From NCBI RefSeq assembly GCF_000022265.1, contig NC_011979.1, positions 3,870,001 through 3,902,000 on the forward strand: 32,000 nucleotides of DNA, given 5' to 3'. Under the pieces are notes generated by a model, which saw nothing but the letters and a program-made list of their open reading frames with translations, made no database searches and was not told the origin of the DNA. Shown piece after piece: positions 9,109-17,869 of the stretch. The translations under genes and the position numbers were made by a program. This stretch comes from Geotalea daltonii FRC-32 (GTDB taxonomy: Bacteria > Desulfobacterota > Desulfuromonadia > Geobacterales > Geobacteraceae). Numbering within the stretch: position 1 is the stretch's first letter; every line of letters begins with the position of its first letter.

Positions 9109-9624
9109 TCAGGCAGCAGTTGCCGGAGGCGGAACGAAGATCCGGGCTGCCATTTCCCCGTCCAGCATGAGCAGCCCATGGCCGTTGTCACCTATCAGTC
9201 TCAGTTTGCCGATAAGATCCCGGTCATTTTCCTCTTCCTCGATCTGTTCGGTGACAAACCACTGAAGAAAAATGTGGGAGGCATGATCCTTTTCCTTCAG
9301 GGCCAGATCGGTCAGATCGTTAATGCACCGGGTAATGAACTGCTCATGCTTCAGGGTCTGCTCGAACATGTCGAGCAGGGATTTATACTGGCCTGGAGGA
9401 GCAGACATGGCGGAAAGGCCGATAGATGCCCCCTGGCTGTTGATGTAGTTATAGAACTTCATGAAATGAACCATCTCTTCCTGGTATTGGACCATGAACC
9501 AGTTGGCAGTCCCTTTTAGGCCGATGGAATTGGCATGGGAAGACATGGAGAGGTAGAGGTAGGCGGAGTATAATTCGATGTTCATGTGCTTGTTCAATGC
9601 GGCATACATTTTTTTGTTCAGCAT
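9109..9624 (-). CDS. ftn: Ferritin (non-haem, Ftn type)
   Basis: 171 aa, with GGAGGA 6 nt upstream of the ATG. Ferritin-like di-iron residues appear in NIELYSAYLYLSMS, QYQEEMVHFMKFYNY and LKHEQFIT. Confidence 0.9.
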   Translation of the reverse strand: MLNKKMYAALNKHMNIELYSAYLYLSMSSHANSIGLKGTANWFMVQYQEEMVHFMKFYNYINSQGASIGLSAMSAPPGQYKSLLDMFEQTLKHEQFITRCINDLTDLALKEKDHASHIFLQWFVTEQIEEEENDRDLIGKLRLIGDNGHGLLMLDGEMAARIFVPPPATAA

Positions 9625-9661
9625 GGATTCTCCTCCTGTTATAAATCCTGCAATCGCAGTA

Positions 9662-10438
9662 TCAAGACTTTTGTCTATCCCCTATTTTATCGAGAAATAT
9701 GCTTATCAGGTCTATGGGCACCGGGAAAATGGTAGTGGAATTTTTTTCTGCCGCTATGTCCGTTAAAGTCTGCAAGTAGCGCAGTTGCAGGGACATTGGG
9801 TCAGCCGCAAGCACCTTGGCCGCGCCAGCCAGCTTTTCGGAGGCCTGCAGTTCACCCTCGGCATGGATTATTTTAGCCCTTCGCTCCCTTTCCGCCTCAG
9901 CCTGTTTAGCTATCGCCCGAAGCATTTCCTGGGGCAGGTCGATATTCTTGACCTCCACATTGGCCACCTTCACTCCCCACGGGTCGGTATGGCGGTCCAG
10001 AATTTCCTGCAACTGCTTGTTTATTTTTTCCCGGTTTGCCAGCAGTTCATCCAGTTCCACCTGGCCCAGCACGCTGCGCAGCGTCGTCTGTGACAACTGG
10101 CTGGTGGCATACAAATAATTTTCCACATCGATAATGGCCTTTTCAGGAGCTACCACCCGAAAATAAATAACAGCCGAAACCTTGACCGTGACGTTATCAT
10201 GGGTTATGACATCTTGCGGCGGCACGTCAAAAGCCACTGTTCGCAGAGATACCCGCACCAGTTTGTCTATGCCGGGAATGATGAAGAAAAGGCCCGGCCC
10301 CCGCACCCCGGCAAAACGTCCCAGGCGAAACAGCACACCGCGCTCGTACTCGGGAAGAACTCTGATGGCGCTGGCGGCAAACATGATGAGCAGCACAATC
10401 ACGAAAATAAATGGTATGTAATCGAAAATATCAAACAT
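9662..10438 (-). CDS. SPFH/Band-7 (stomatin-like, slipin) membrane protein
   Basis: An N-terminal TM segment is followed by the SPFH core ([46 protein letters not shown]). I prefer the ATG at 10438, with AAGGAG 8 nt upstream, over the TTG at 10444 used in the ORF track. Confidence 0.9.
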   Translation of the reverse strand: MFDIFDYIPFIFVIVLLIMFAASAIRVLPEYERGVLFRLGRFAGVRGPGLFFIIPGIDKLVRVSLRTVAFDVPPQDVITHDNVTVKVSAVIYFRVVAPEKAIIDVENYLYATSQLSQTTLRSVLGQVELDELLANREKINKQLQEILDRHTDPWGVKVANVEVKNIDLPQEMLRAIAKQAEAERERRAKIIHAEGELQASEKLAGAAKVLAADPMSLQLRYLQTLTDIAAEKNSTTIFPVPIDLISIFLDKIGDRQKS

Positions 10439-10487
10439 GTCCAAAGCTCCTTTAATGTGTAGTACCCAGCTATTCTTCAGGCATGCC

Positions 10488-11759
10488 TTATGCCTTCTTA
10501 ACCTTTAATCGCATGCCCTCCACCGCCACCACGGCAACCTCCTCCCCTTTCCTGACAGGGCTGTCACTGGAGGCCTGCCAGTATTCCCCATGGACAAATA
10601 CCTTTCCTTCATGGTTAAGATCGGTCTCTGCCGTCCCCCTTTCGCCAATCAGCCCCGCGATGCCGGTGAGCGGTTTTTTCCGGTGGGCCTTAATGGAAAG
10701 TGCAACCGCAGAAACGAAAAAGACGGTGGTTGCCAGAACGGTGACAGTAATGACGCTCCAGGAGACGCGAAGATACGGTTCAGAGCTTTCGAAAAGGAAA
10801 AGAGAGCCCAGAACCAGACATATCACCCCTCCCACTGTCAGCATGCCATGGGAAATGATCTTTATCTCTGCGATGAACAGCACCAGGGCCAGTAACAGCA
10901 AGAGTACCCCTGCATAATTAACAGGCAAGGCCTGTAAAGCAAAAAAAGCAAGGATAAGAGAAATACCCCCGACAATGCCAGGGAGCATGACGCCCGGATT
11001 GGAAAGCTCGAAAAATATGCCGAGAAAGCCGAGCATCATGAGCACGTATGCAACATTGGGATTACTGATGACATTGAGGATTCTTTCCTTGGCAACCATC
11101 TCATGTCCCCGGACTTCAGCGCCGGCCGTTTCGATGACCAGCTTTTTGCCATCCCTGATCAGGCTCAGACCATGGAGTTCAGCCAGAAGTTGTGCCTGAT
11201 CGGTGGAGATCATGTCGATTATTTTCCCATCCAGAGCTTTATCGGCCGACAAAGAGAGACTTTCCCGAACCATCTGCCCTGCAAGTTTGACATTCTTCCC
11301 TCGCTTTGCGGCAATACCCTCCAGGTATGCTTCCGCGTCATTTACGACCTTATCCATCATGACCTTGTCAGGCTTTTCACCCATGGTAACGGGATGGGCA
11401 GCTCCGATATTGGTGCCGGGGGCCATGGCACAAATATCGGCGGCAAGGGCAATCACCGCGCCGGCGGAAGCTGCGCGAGCACCACTGGGAGCCACGTAAA
11501 CGACTACCGGAACGGTGCTTGACATGATCAGCTTGACGCTGTCGCGCATGGCAGAATCAAGTCCGCCTGGAGTATCCATGGTAATCAGCATAAGATTTTC
11601 GCGGCCTGCTTCCGCCTCCTGCAAATTCCGCTGCAAATAACCGGCAACGACCGGGGTTATCGGTCCACTAATGGAAATTTTGCGTACCACAGCTCCAGTG
11701 GCCCCGGCAGGGGGGCAACAGATGAAGAGAAACAGACAGAAGAACAGTAAACGAGGCAT
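10488..11759 (-). CDS. nfeD: NfeD-family membrane-bound ClpP-class serine protease (partner of the SPFH protein)
   Basis: The ORF has a signal peptide ([20 protein letters not shown]) and a ClpP-like domain ([27 protein letters not shown]). Multiple TM helices and a C-terminal OB-like tail (GEYWQASS ... [13 protein letters not shown]) follow. The ATG at 11759 has GGGAG 5 nt upstream; the ORF-track start at 11777 lacks an RBS. Confidence 0.85.
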   Translation of the reverse strand: MPRLLFFCLFLFICCPPAGATGAVVRKISISGPITPVVAGYLQRNLQEAEAGRENLMLITMDTPGGLDSAMRDSVKLIMSSTVPVVVYVAPSGARAASAGAVIALAADICAMAPGTNIGAAHPVTMGEKPDKVMMDKVVNDAEAYLEGIAAKRGKNVKLAGQMVRESLSLSADKALDGKIIDMISTDQAQLLAELHGLSLIRDGKKLVIETAGAEVRGHEMVAKERILNVISNPNVAYVLMMLGFLGIFFELSNPGVMLPGIVGGISLILAFFALQALPVNYAGVLLLLLALVLFIAEIKIISHGMLTVGGVICLVLGSLFLFESSEPYLRVSWSVITVTVLATTVFFVSAVALSIKAHRKKPLTGIAGLIGERGTAETDLNHEGKVFVHGEYWQASSDSPVRKGEEVAVVAVEGMRLKVKKA

Positions 11760-11808
11760 TGACACTCCCATATTCATATCAGGAACAGTATACTTTGTGA
11801 CCTGCCGG

Positions 11809-11859
11809 CGTCAAATCCCGCCTTGCCAATTTGACGGTAACATGTTAGTTTTTCACAAT
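11809..11859 (+). promoter_or_regulatory. 8-bp inverted repeat (CGTCAAAT-N12-ATTTGACG) overlapping a candidate TTGACG-N17-CACAAT promoter
   Basis: The inverted-repeat arms lie at 11809-11816 and 11829-11836. The right arm contains TTGACG (11831-11836), and CACAAT lies at 11854-11859. The element sits in the 114-bp divergent region between nfeD and the sigma-54 activator gene. A transcription start predicted from it would fall on the RBS, so the promoter call is weak. Confidence 0.25.
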
Positions 11860-11873
11860 CTGGGAGCCTTCCG

Positions 11874-13253
11874 ATGAAAGAACGCGTGAAAATCCTGCTC
11901 ATAGAAGACGAAAGGCCGAGCCGCGAGGCGCTTTTACTCCTGCTGCAAGGAAACAGCTTCACCATAAAGGGGAGCGGTTCCGGCGCCGAAGGCCTGAAGC
12001 TCATGATGAACGAGCGTTTTGATATCGTCATCACCGATTTGTTCCTTCCCGACATCAGCGGCATCGATATCCTGAAAAAAATAAAAGATACATCCCCACA
12101 CACGGAAGTCATCCTCATTACCGGCCACGCCTCGGCCGAGACCGCTGTCAAGGCCATGAAGGAAGGGGCTTACGACTATATCACCAAGCCACTCAACATC
12201 GATGAACTCCGTATCATCATCGATAAAGCAGTGGAGAAGCACCGGCTCGTCAACGAAAACGTCTACCTGAAAGAACAACTGCGCGACCGGTACGAATTTG
12301 CCAACATCATCGGCAGTTCCGAAGCGATGCAGCAGGTTTTTTCCAGGATGAAAAAGATCATCAAGACCGATTCGACTGTTCTTATCCTCGGCGAATCGGG
12401 TACCGGCAAAGAACTTGTAGCCAAAGCCGTCCATTTCAATGGAGCCCGCCGGGATAAGCCCTTCATAGCCATCAACTGTTCAGCCATCCCGGAAAACCTG
12501 CTGGAAAGCGAGCTCTTCGGCCATACCAGGGGCTCGTTCACCGGTGCCATCAAGGACAAGGTCGGCAAGTTCGAAGCGGCAAATCATGGAACTATATTTC
12601 TCGATGAAATAGGCACCCTGCCCATGCACCTGCAAACCAAACTGCTGCGGGTTTTGCAGGAGCAGGAAGTGGAAAAGGTAGGCTCCAACAAACCCATAAA
12701 GCTTGATGCCAGGGTCATTTCCGCAACCAATGTGGATTTGGAGCAGGAAGTAAAGCGGGGAACTTTTCGTGAAGACCTCTATTACCGGTTGAACGTTATC
12801 CCCATAAACATTCCCCCCTTGCGAGAAAGGACAGAGGACATTTTCCTGCTTGTCAGACACTTTCTGGAGAAGAATTGCCGGGAAATGAAACGCCCGGCCA
12901 TGAGCATCGACAAGGAAGCATATGAAGCCCTTGAATTCTATCAATGGCCGGGAAATGTGCGGGAACTGGAAAATGTCATTGAACGGATTGTTGCACTCAC
13001 GGAAGGGGACCACATCTCCCTGAACGATCTGCCGCCGAACATCGCCAGAGCCTATGGAGAGCAGGAAAGAGCGTCCACCAAGGTTACCGAGGACGGTATA
13101 GATATGGCGAAAACTGTGAATGACATCGAAAGAAAAATGATCAGCGATGCCCTGCTCCTGTCCAAGGGGGTAAAGGCCAGGGCCGCAAACATGCTCAAGC
13201 TGAACCGTACCACCCTTGTGGAAAAGATGAAGAGACTGGGGATGGAGGGGTAA
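11874..13253 (+). CDS. Sigma-54-dependent response regulator (REC + AAA+ + Fis-type HTH; NtrC family)
   Basis: REC: ILLIEDE ... DIVITDLFLPD ... ITKP. AAA+: Walker A GESGTGKE, the GAFTGA-type loop written GSFTGA, and ESELFGH. C-terminal HTH: ARAANMLKLNRTTLVEKMKRLG. Confidence 0.9.
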   Translation: MKERVKILLIEDERPSREALLLLLQGNSFTIKGSGSGAEGLKLMMNERFDIVITDLFLPDISGIDILKKIKDTSPHTEVILITGHASAETAVKAMKEGAYDYITKPLNIDELRIIIDKAVEKHRLVNENVYLKEQLRDRYEFANIIGSSEAMQQVFSRMKKIIKTDSTVLILGESGTGKELVAKAVHFNGARRDKPFIAINCSAIPENLLESELFGHTRGSFTGAIKDKVGKFEAANHGTIFLDEIGTLPMHLQTKLLRVLQEQEVEKVGSNKPIKLDARVISATNVDLEQEVKRGTFREDLYYRLNVIPINIPPLRERTEDIFLLVRHFLEKNCREMKRPAMSIDKEAYEALEFYQWPGNVRELENVIERIVALTEGDHISLNDLPPNIARAYGEQERASTKVTEDGIDMAKTVNDIERKMISDALLLSKGVKARAANMLKLNRTTLVEKMKRLGMEG

Positions 13254-13273
13254 ACATCTGCTGCTGTGCGGAG

Positions 13274-13371
13274 ACAACAAAATTTTTACCTAAACAACAA
13301 AGTTCCTACCAGATCAAAGTTCTTACCCCAATATCACCTCCCCCTTTTGCAGAGACAACGAAGTTCTTACC
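13274..13371 (+). repeat. Four 17-nt direct repeats (consensus ACAACAAAGTTCTTACC) in a 200-bp intergenic region
   Basis: Copies: ACAACAAAATTTTTACC (13274-13290), ACAACAAAGTTCCTACC (13294-13310), AGATCAAAGTTCTTACC (13311-13327), ACAACGAAGTTCTTACC (13355-13371). The first and last copies also share an upstream GAGAC extension. Confidence 0.55.
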
Positions 13372-13453
13372 AAACTCAGCACATAATGGTGTGTGAGCTA
13401 CTCGCGGGACTTAAACCTCAACAATGAGTAGAAATAGTCGTTAAGGATCGAAT

Positions 13454-14841
13454 TTGGTAGATTCATCACGTAAAAGTCCGCAGAAAGTAGTGCGTGAAGT
13501 TATTGAGTTGTGCGCCGACTGCGACACCTGCCGCACGCTTATGGAGAAGGATTGTGTATTCTTTCCTGAGCTTTATCGTCTCTCTGATCGGGAAAAGGAA
13601 GAGGAGATACCGGTTACCGAGGCGGAACTACGAGAGCTAGTTGAACTATGTACCCTCTGCGGCCTCTGTCCGTGCCCCAGGGTGCCCGAGGATCTGGTCA
13701 AGGCCAAGAATGGTTACATGCAGAAGGAAGGCACTCCCATCTCAACCCGGCTAATGATTGATGTGCCAGGGTTGGCCCGCTTATGCGGCACATTTCCACG
13801 ACTATCCAAGGCGTTAACCAACAATAAAGCCATGAGCACGTTGCTCCGGAAAGTCACCCGGACTCATCCTGCACGGCAGATCCCAACAGTTACAGAACCG
13901 GATTTTTTTCAGTGGGCGAAAAAGAAAGGTTTAACTAACAGGCTTCCAGGAAGCCGTAATGTCACCTATTTTGCGGGCTGCACCGCGGGTTATCTCTTCC
14001 CAGAGGTCGCACGGGCAACCGTAGAAGTCCTGGAGCGCAATGGTGAGACTGTCTATGTCCCGCCTCAGCAATGCTGTGGTATGCCGCATTTGGTGGAAGG
14101 AGACTTCGATGGCTCGCTGCAGCGAGCCGGTTTAAACATTGAATCGCTGCTGGAATCCGCCAAGGCAGGGGATAATCTGGTCTGTTCCTGCCCTACCTGT
14201 GGGTACTTCATGAAAGTCTTACTCAAAGAAAGGGCCTATTTTTCAGATGATTATCAAGGATCGATCGGTGCTGGAGAAAACGAGATCAGGGTTCCTGACC
14301 CGAGTAGCGGCAATAACCAGTTCAGAATATTAAATCTGCCTACAAGGATATCCTTAAGGATGATGGCTGTTTTTCTGCTTTTGATCCCATGTCCCGCATC
14401 GGGCTGTCCGATGCGCTTTGTGATGCTGGAGAATATCTGGCACGCCTCCATGCTGAAGGAAGACTTGATACCTTCTTTAACACCATCAATGAACGGATGG
14501 TTTATTATGCACCGTGCCATCAGCGGGAACAGAAGATAGGTACCCCCTACTTGGACCTGCTGGCACTCATTCCCGGATTGAGACTGGAATCGCTGGAGGA
14601 GACGGATTGTTGCGGGATGGGGGGCAATTTCGGCTTCAAGACTCATTTTCACGAAAAATCACTGGCCATAGGAAAGCCTCTAATGCTGAAAATTCGTCAG
14701 CACGCCCCCCAGGCAATAATCACCGATTGCCTCAGTTGTCGATTGCAGTTCAATCATGCACTCCCTTACCCGGTATTTCACCCTATGGAAATTCTGGCGA
14801 GAGCCTATCGAAATGCAGAACGAGGAGGAAACATCTCTTGA
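13454..14841 (+). pseudogene. Fe-S oxidoreductase (2x[4Fe-4S] ferredoxin motifs + two CCG domains; GlpC/HdrD/LutA-like) interrupted by a frameshift near 14317-14345
   Basis: The TTG start at 13454 has AAGGA 6 nt upstream. Frame A gives CADCDTCRTLMEKDC, LCTLCGLCPCP and CCG domain 1 (YFAGCTAGYLFPE ... PPQQCCGMPH ... CSCPTCGYF), then degrades into low-quality sequence. Frame B opens at 14317 and gives YKDILKDDGCFSAFDP ... VYYAPCHQREQ ... ETDCCGMGGNFGFK ... ITDCLSCRLQ (CCG domain 2), ending at 14841. Confidence 0.7.
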
Positions 14842-15030
14842 TCAGTATCAACGAAGCACAACAGAACATTCTTGTACATGTATCGCCTCTGGAAACCGAA
14901 AAGGTGTTTCAGGGGCTGAACAGAGTAACTCCGGAAGACCATATAGCACCCTGGGACATCCCCACTACCGACAACTCCGCCATGGATGGCTTTGCATTCT
15001 CTCACGCAACCATTGAGGAGGGAGCACATG
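14838..15030 (+). pseudogene. moeA: moeA (molybdopterin molybdenumtransferase) 5' remnant, about 64 codons
   Basis: AGGAGG at 14823-14828 precedes a TTG at 14838 that overlaps the upstream stop (TTGA). The translation ISINEAQQNILVHVSPLETEKVFQGLNRVTPEDHIAPWDIPTTDNSAMDGFAFS matches the MoeA N-terminus, including the DNSAMDG(Y/F)A motif. MoeA-like sequence stops near 15030, whereas full-length MoeA is about 400 aa. Confidence 0.65.
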
Positions 15031-15075
15031 AAGCATTTGCTTTAAGCTGCTTCTGTACCGCTGTTCATCGGCTTT

Positions 15076-15867
15076 GTGGAATCGGGCGTTCCCCTTGGCG
15101 TGACCTTATCGTTTCTCATTTCATCGCCCATGGTCAACGAGGTGGCTCTTATCATACTCTGGGGCATGTTCGGCTGGAAGGTAGCCCTCGTCTACATAGG
15201 AACCGGGCTTCTGGTGGCCATCTTTGCCGGGATGATTATCGGCAGACTGAAGATGGAAAAATACGTTCAGGATTATGTCTGGGAGATGCAAGTCGGCAAC
15301 ACGGAAATTGCCGAACAGCGTTGGTCAGAGAGATTTGCTAACGCCCACCAGTACACCGCAGGCCTGTTGAAGAAAATCTGGCCGTTTGTGGTAGTCGGTA
15401 TCGGCATCGGGGCCTTCATTCACGGCTACGTACCCCAGTATTTCCTTGCCCGTTGGGCTGGACGGAACAATCCCTTCGCTGTGCCGGTGGCCGTAGCGCT
15501 TGGCGTGCCGCTCTATTCCAATGCCGCCGGGGTCATTCCCATCGTTCAGGCTCTAACGGCCAAAGGGATGGCGATCGGCACAGTGTTGACCTTCATGATG
15601 GCAGTGACCGCCTTATCATTGCCGGAAGCGATAATCCTCAGTAACGTGCTGAAGAAGCCACTCCTCGCCACCTTCTTTGGAGTTGTGGCGACGGCCATAG
15701 TGGCCGTCGGCTATCTGTTCAATGCCATTTCTCTAAAAACATTTACAGGAGGAAAAGATGAAAGTCGAAGTGCTGGGAACCGGCTGTGCAAAGTGCAAGA
15801 CCCTCTACGAGAATACAAAGAAGGCACTGGAAGAAAGCGGGACAATTGCCGAAGTAGTAAAGGTTGA
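15076..15867 (+). CDS. Permease of the UPF0718/ArsP-like family, 5'-truncated (possibly a pseudogene)
   Basis: The frame opens only at 15046 (AASVPLFIGFVESGVPLGVTLSFLISSPMVNEVALIIL), immediately after an in-frame TAA. Homologues carry roughly 90 more N-terminal residues. A GTG at 15076 is the first possible start. An orphan RBS plus MKHLL-stop mini-ORF sits at 15028-15045 in the same frame. The 3' end reads 110 nt into the next gene, so the native stop may be lost. Confidence 0.55.
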   Translation: MESGVPLGVTLSFLISSPMVNEVALIILWGMFGWKVALVYIGTGLLVAIFAGMIIGRLKMEKYVQDYVWEMQVGNTEIAEQRWSERFANAHQYTAGLLKKIWPFVVVGIGIGAFIHGYVPQYFLARWAGRNNPFAVPVAVALGVPLYSNAAGVIPIVQALTAKGMAIGTVLTFMMAVTALSLPEAIILSNVLKKPLLATFFGVVATAIVAVGYLFNAISLKTFTGGKDESRSAGNRLCKVQDPLREYKEGTGRKRDNCRSSKG

Positions 15868-15988
15868 AGATATTCCTTCGATTATGAAATACGGCGTCAT
15901 GAGCACCCCGGCGCTGGTAGTCGATGGTAAGGTAAAATTTTCCGGCAAGGTGGCATCCGTTGCCGAAATTCTGGAGGTGCTGTCATGA
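15758..15988 (+). CDS. Thioredoxin-fold protein (redox-active disulfide protein 2 / TM0996-MTH895 family)
   Basis: 76 aa, starting MKVEVLGTGCAKCKTLYENTKKAL with a CxxC motif. AGGAGG lies upstream. This family is typically paired with the upstream permease family. Confidence 0.85.
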   Translation: MKVEVLGTGCAKCKTLYENTKKALEESGTIAEVVKVEDIPSIMKYGVMSTPALVVDGKVKFSGKVASVAEILEVLS

Positions 15989-16362
15989 GATTGCTCATGA
16001 TTGCAGCGATGCTGCTGTTAACCACTACCGCTATGGCAGAGATTCCGTCCGCTACTGACGCAGTTATCAGCCAGGCGCTCACTTCCGGCAAACCTACGGT
16101 CATCGACCTGGGAGCTCGCACTTGTATTCCGTGCAAAAAAATGGCCCCCATCCTTGAAGGACTATCCAGAGAGTATCGGAGTAAAGCCTCTGTTCTCTTC
16201 ATTGATGTCCACGAGGACAAGGCCGCTGCCAGTAAGTTCCGCGTCCAGATGATACCTACCCAGATTTTTTTCAATGGCCAGGGGAAAGAAGTGAAGCGCC
16301 ATGTGGGTTTCATGGACAGGACCGACATCGTTAAAGAATTGAAGGCAGCAGGGCTGAAATGA
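15985..16362 (+). CDS. Secreted thioredoxin-family protein
   Basis: Its ATGA start overlaps the previous stop. The signal peptide is MRLLMIAAMLLLTTTAMA. The active site is CIPCKKM, within a thioredoxin-like fold (VIDLGARTCIPC ... IPTQIFF). Confidence 0.85.
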   Translation: MRLLMIAAMLLLTTTAMAEIPSATDAVISQALTSGKPTVIDLGARTCIPCKKMAPILEGLSREYRSKASVLFIDVHEDKAAASKFRVQMIPTQIFFNGQGKEVKRHVGFMDRTDIVKELKAAGLK

Positions 16363-17045
16363 CCTTTCTCGACAATATCGAGCAAATCATCGCCCTCTAC
16401 CCCATCATCGCCTTCGGCGCAGTCTTTCTCGCAGGAGTTCTCTCATCGGCTTCCCCATGCGTGCTGGCGACCATCCCGCTGGTGGTCGGCTTCGTCGGCG
16501 GTTACAGCGATGGCGACCGCATGAAGGCTTTCCGTTATTCCCTGGCCTTCATCCTTGGACTGTCGCTTACCTTTACCGCCTTTGGTGCTGCTGCCGGGCT
16601 TCTGGGAACGATGTTCGGCACATTGGGTGGCCCTTGGTATCTGATTGCCGGAACTATCGCCCTGGTGATGGGGGGACAGATGATGGGTTTTTACGAAATC
16701 AGGCTGCCCGTCAAACGCAACTTCAAGCCAAAGCGCGGTGGAATTATCGGCACATTCCTGCTGGGGCTGTTTTTCGGCATTGTCTCATCTCCATGCGCTA
16801 CGCCGGTGCTTGTCGTACTGCTTACTCTGGTAGCGGGGAAAGGTCAGGTGTTGTATGGCATTGCCCTGCTCTTCTGTTACGCAATCGGACATTGCCTGCT
16901 CATGCTTTTTGCCGGCACCTGCACCGGATTTGTTGAAGGATTCGTCAAGGCGAGGGGGGTGGTTAACTTCTCCGCATGGGCCAAGCGGGTCAGCGGAGGC
17001 GTAGTCGCCCTTATTGGAGGATGGTTTGTCTGGCAAGGCTTTTAG
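16359..17045 (+). CDS. ccdA: Cytochrome c biogenesis / thiol-disulfide transporter CcdA (DsbD-family membrane core)
   Basis: Its ATGA start overlaps the previous stop. It is a polytopic membrane protein with the two conserved Cys-Pro segments SASPCVLATIP and SSPCATPVL. Confidence 0.9.
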   Translation: MTFLDNIEQIIALYPIIAFGAVFLAGVLSSASPCVLATIPLVVGFVGGYSDGDRMKAFRYSLAFILGLSLTFTAFGAAAGLLGTMFGTLGGPWYLIAGTIALVMGGQMMGFYEIRLPVKRNFKPKRGGIIGTFLLGLFFGIVSSPCATPVLVVLLTLVAGKGQVLYGIALLFCYAIGHCLLMLFAGTCTGFVEGFVKARGVVNFSAWAKRVSGGVVALIGGWFVWQGF

Positions 17046-17281
17046 CTGCCATGAATGGGGAATCATATGAGGAAGTTTTTAGTTCCATCGGAAAGTATTT
17101 TTACTGTGCCTGCTCATGCAGGTACAGTATATATCCACTGCACTGGCGAAAGAGACAACCTTCGATGTTTTCTTTCAAGATTTGGCTATGAAACCCGCGC
17201 TGATATGTAGATAGATAGCAAAAAGCACTTTTTTCATGTCTCATTTTTTGAGAAGTTTATGCCCCCTTGGCCGGGGCGGGT

Positions 17282-17845
17282 TCAGTAGCCCCTGGTGCAT
17301 TGGGCGACGATATCCGCTAACTCTGCATCGGACAGATCGTCGTCAAGGCGGATCGCACCATTGGCATCCCGGCGGAGTTCGGTTATTCCCGGATAATGCT
17401 GCTCCAGGTATTTCAACTCCTGGCTTTGCTGTCTGACCGCCCGCAGCAGTCTCCTGTTCTCCGATTCCAGATCGTATTTTTCGATGGCAGAGCGAATAGC
17501 CAGCTTCAACTGGACCTCGTCCCATGGCTTGACGAAAAAGCGGTAGATCTCGCCATTGTTGACCGCCTTCATGGTGGCATCGACACTGGCATGGCCGGTG
17601 AGCATGATGCGCACCGTCTCCGGATAACGCTCTTTTACTACAGACAAGAAAGTGGCTCCGTCCATGCCGGGCATCCTTTCATCGGAAATGACTACTTTGT
17701 ATGATTTTCCTTCCATCAGCTGCAAAGCCGCTTCCCCGCTATTCACCCCTGTAGTTTCGTAGCTTTCATCAATCAGGGCACGTTGAAGTGCTGATATAAC
17801 ATAGGCTTCATCATCCACCAGCATAACATTAGTATGGTGATTCAT
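17282..17845 (-). CDS. Response regulator: REC domain + about 60-aa uncharacterised tail
   Basis: The ATG at 17845 has GGAGG 5 nt upstream; the ORF-track start at 17863 is less likely. REC motifs: VMLVDDE, VISDERMPGMDG, RIMLTGHAS, FFVKPW. Confidence 0.85.
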   Translation of the reverse strand: MNHHTNVMLVDDEAYVISALQRALIDESYETTGVNSGEAALQLMEGKSYKVVISDERMPGMDGATFLSVVKERYPETVRIMLTGHASVDATMKAVNNGEIYRFFVKPWDEVQLKLAIRSAIEKYDLESENRRLLRAVRQQSQELKYLEQHYPGITELRRDANGAIRLDDDLSDAELADIVAQCTRGY

Positions 17846-17869
17846 ACACACCTCCCAAACCATATGGAA

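Noticed and set aside
13274-13371. Direct-repeat array considered as a CRISPR array
   Set aside because: The repeats are only 17 nt, imperfect and partly contiguous, with irregular 0-27 nt gaps. There are no cas genes. This is not CRISPR-like.
14514-15341. 275-aa plus-strand ORF spanning the Fe-S gene end, the moeA stub and the permease start
   Set aside because: Only the 14838-15030 segment gives family-like sequence (the MoeA N-terminus). The rest is out-of-frame read-through of neighbouring genes.
17067-17210. 47-codon ORF (MRKFLVPSESIFTVPAHAGTVYIHCTGERDNLRCFLSRFGYETRADM) in the 236-bp gap between ccdA and the last operon gene
   Set aside because: It has no convincing RBS and no recognisable motif, and it is below the size where composition helps. 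It could be a gene fragment, but I cannot support a call.
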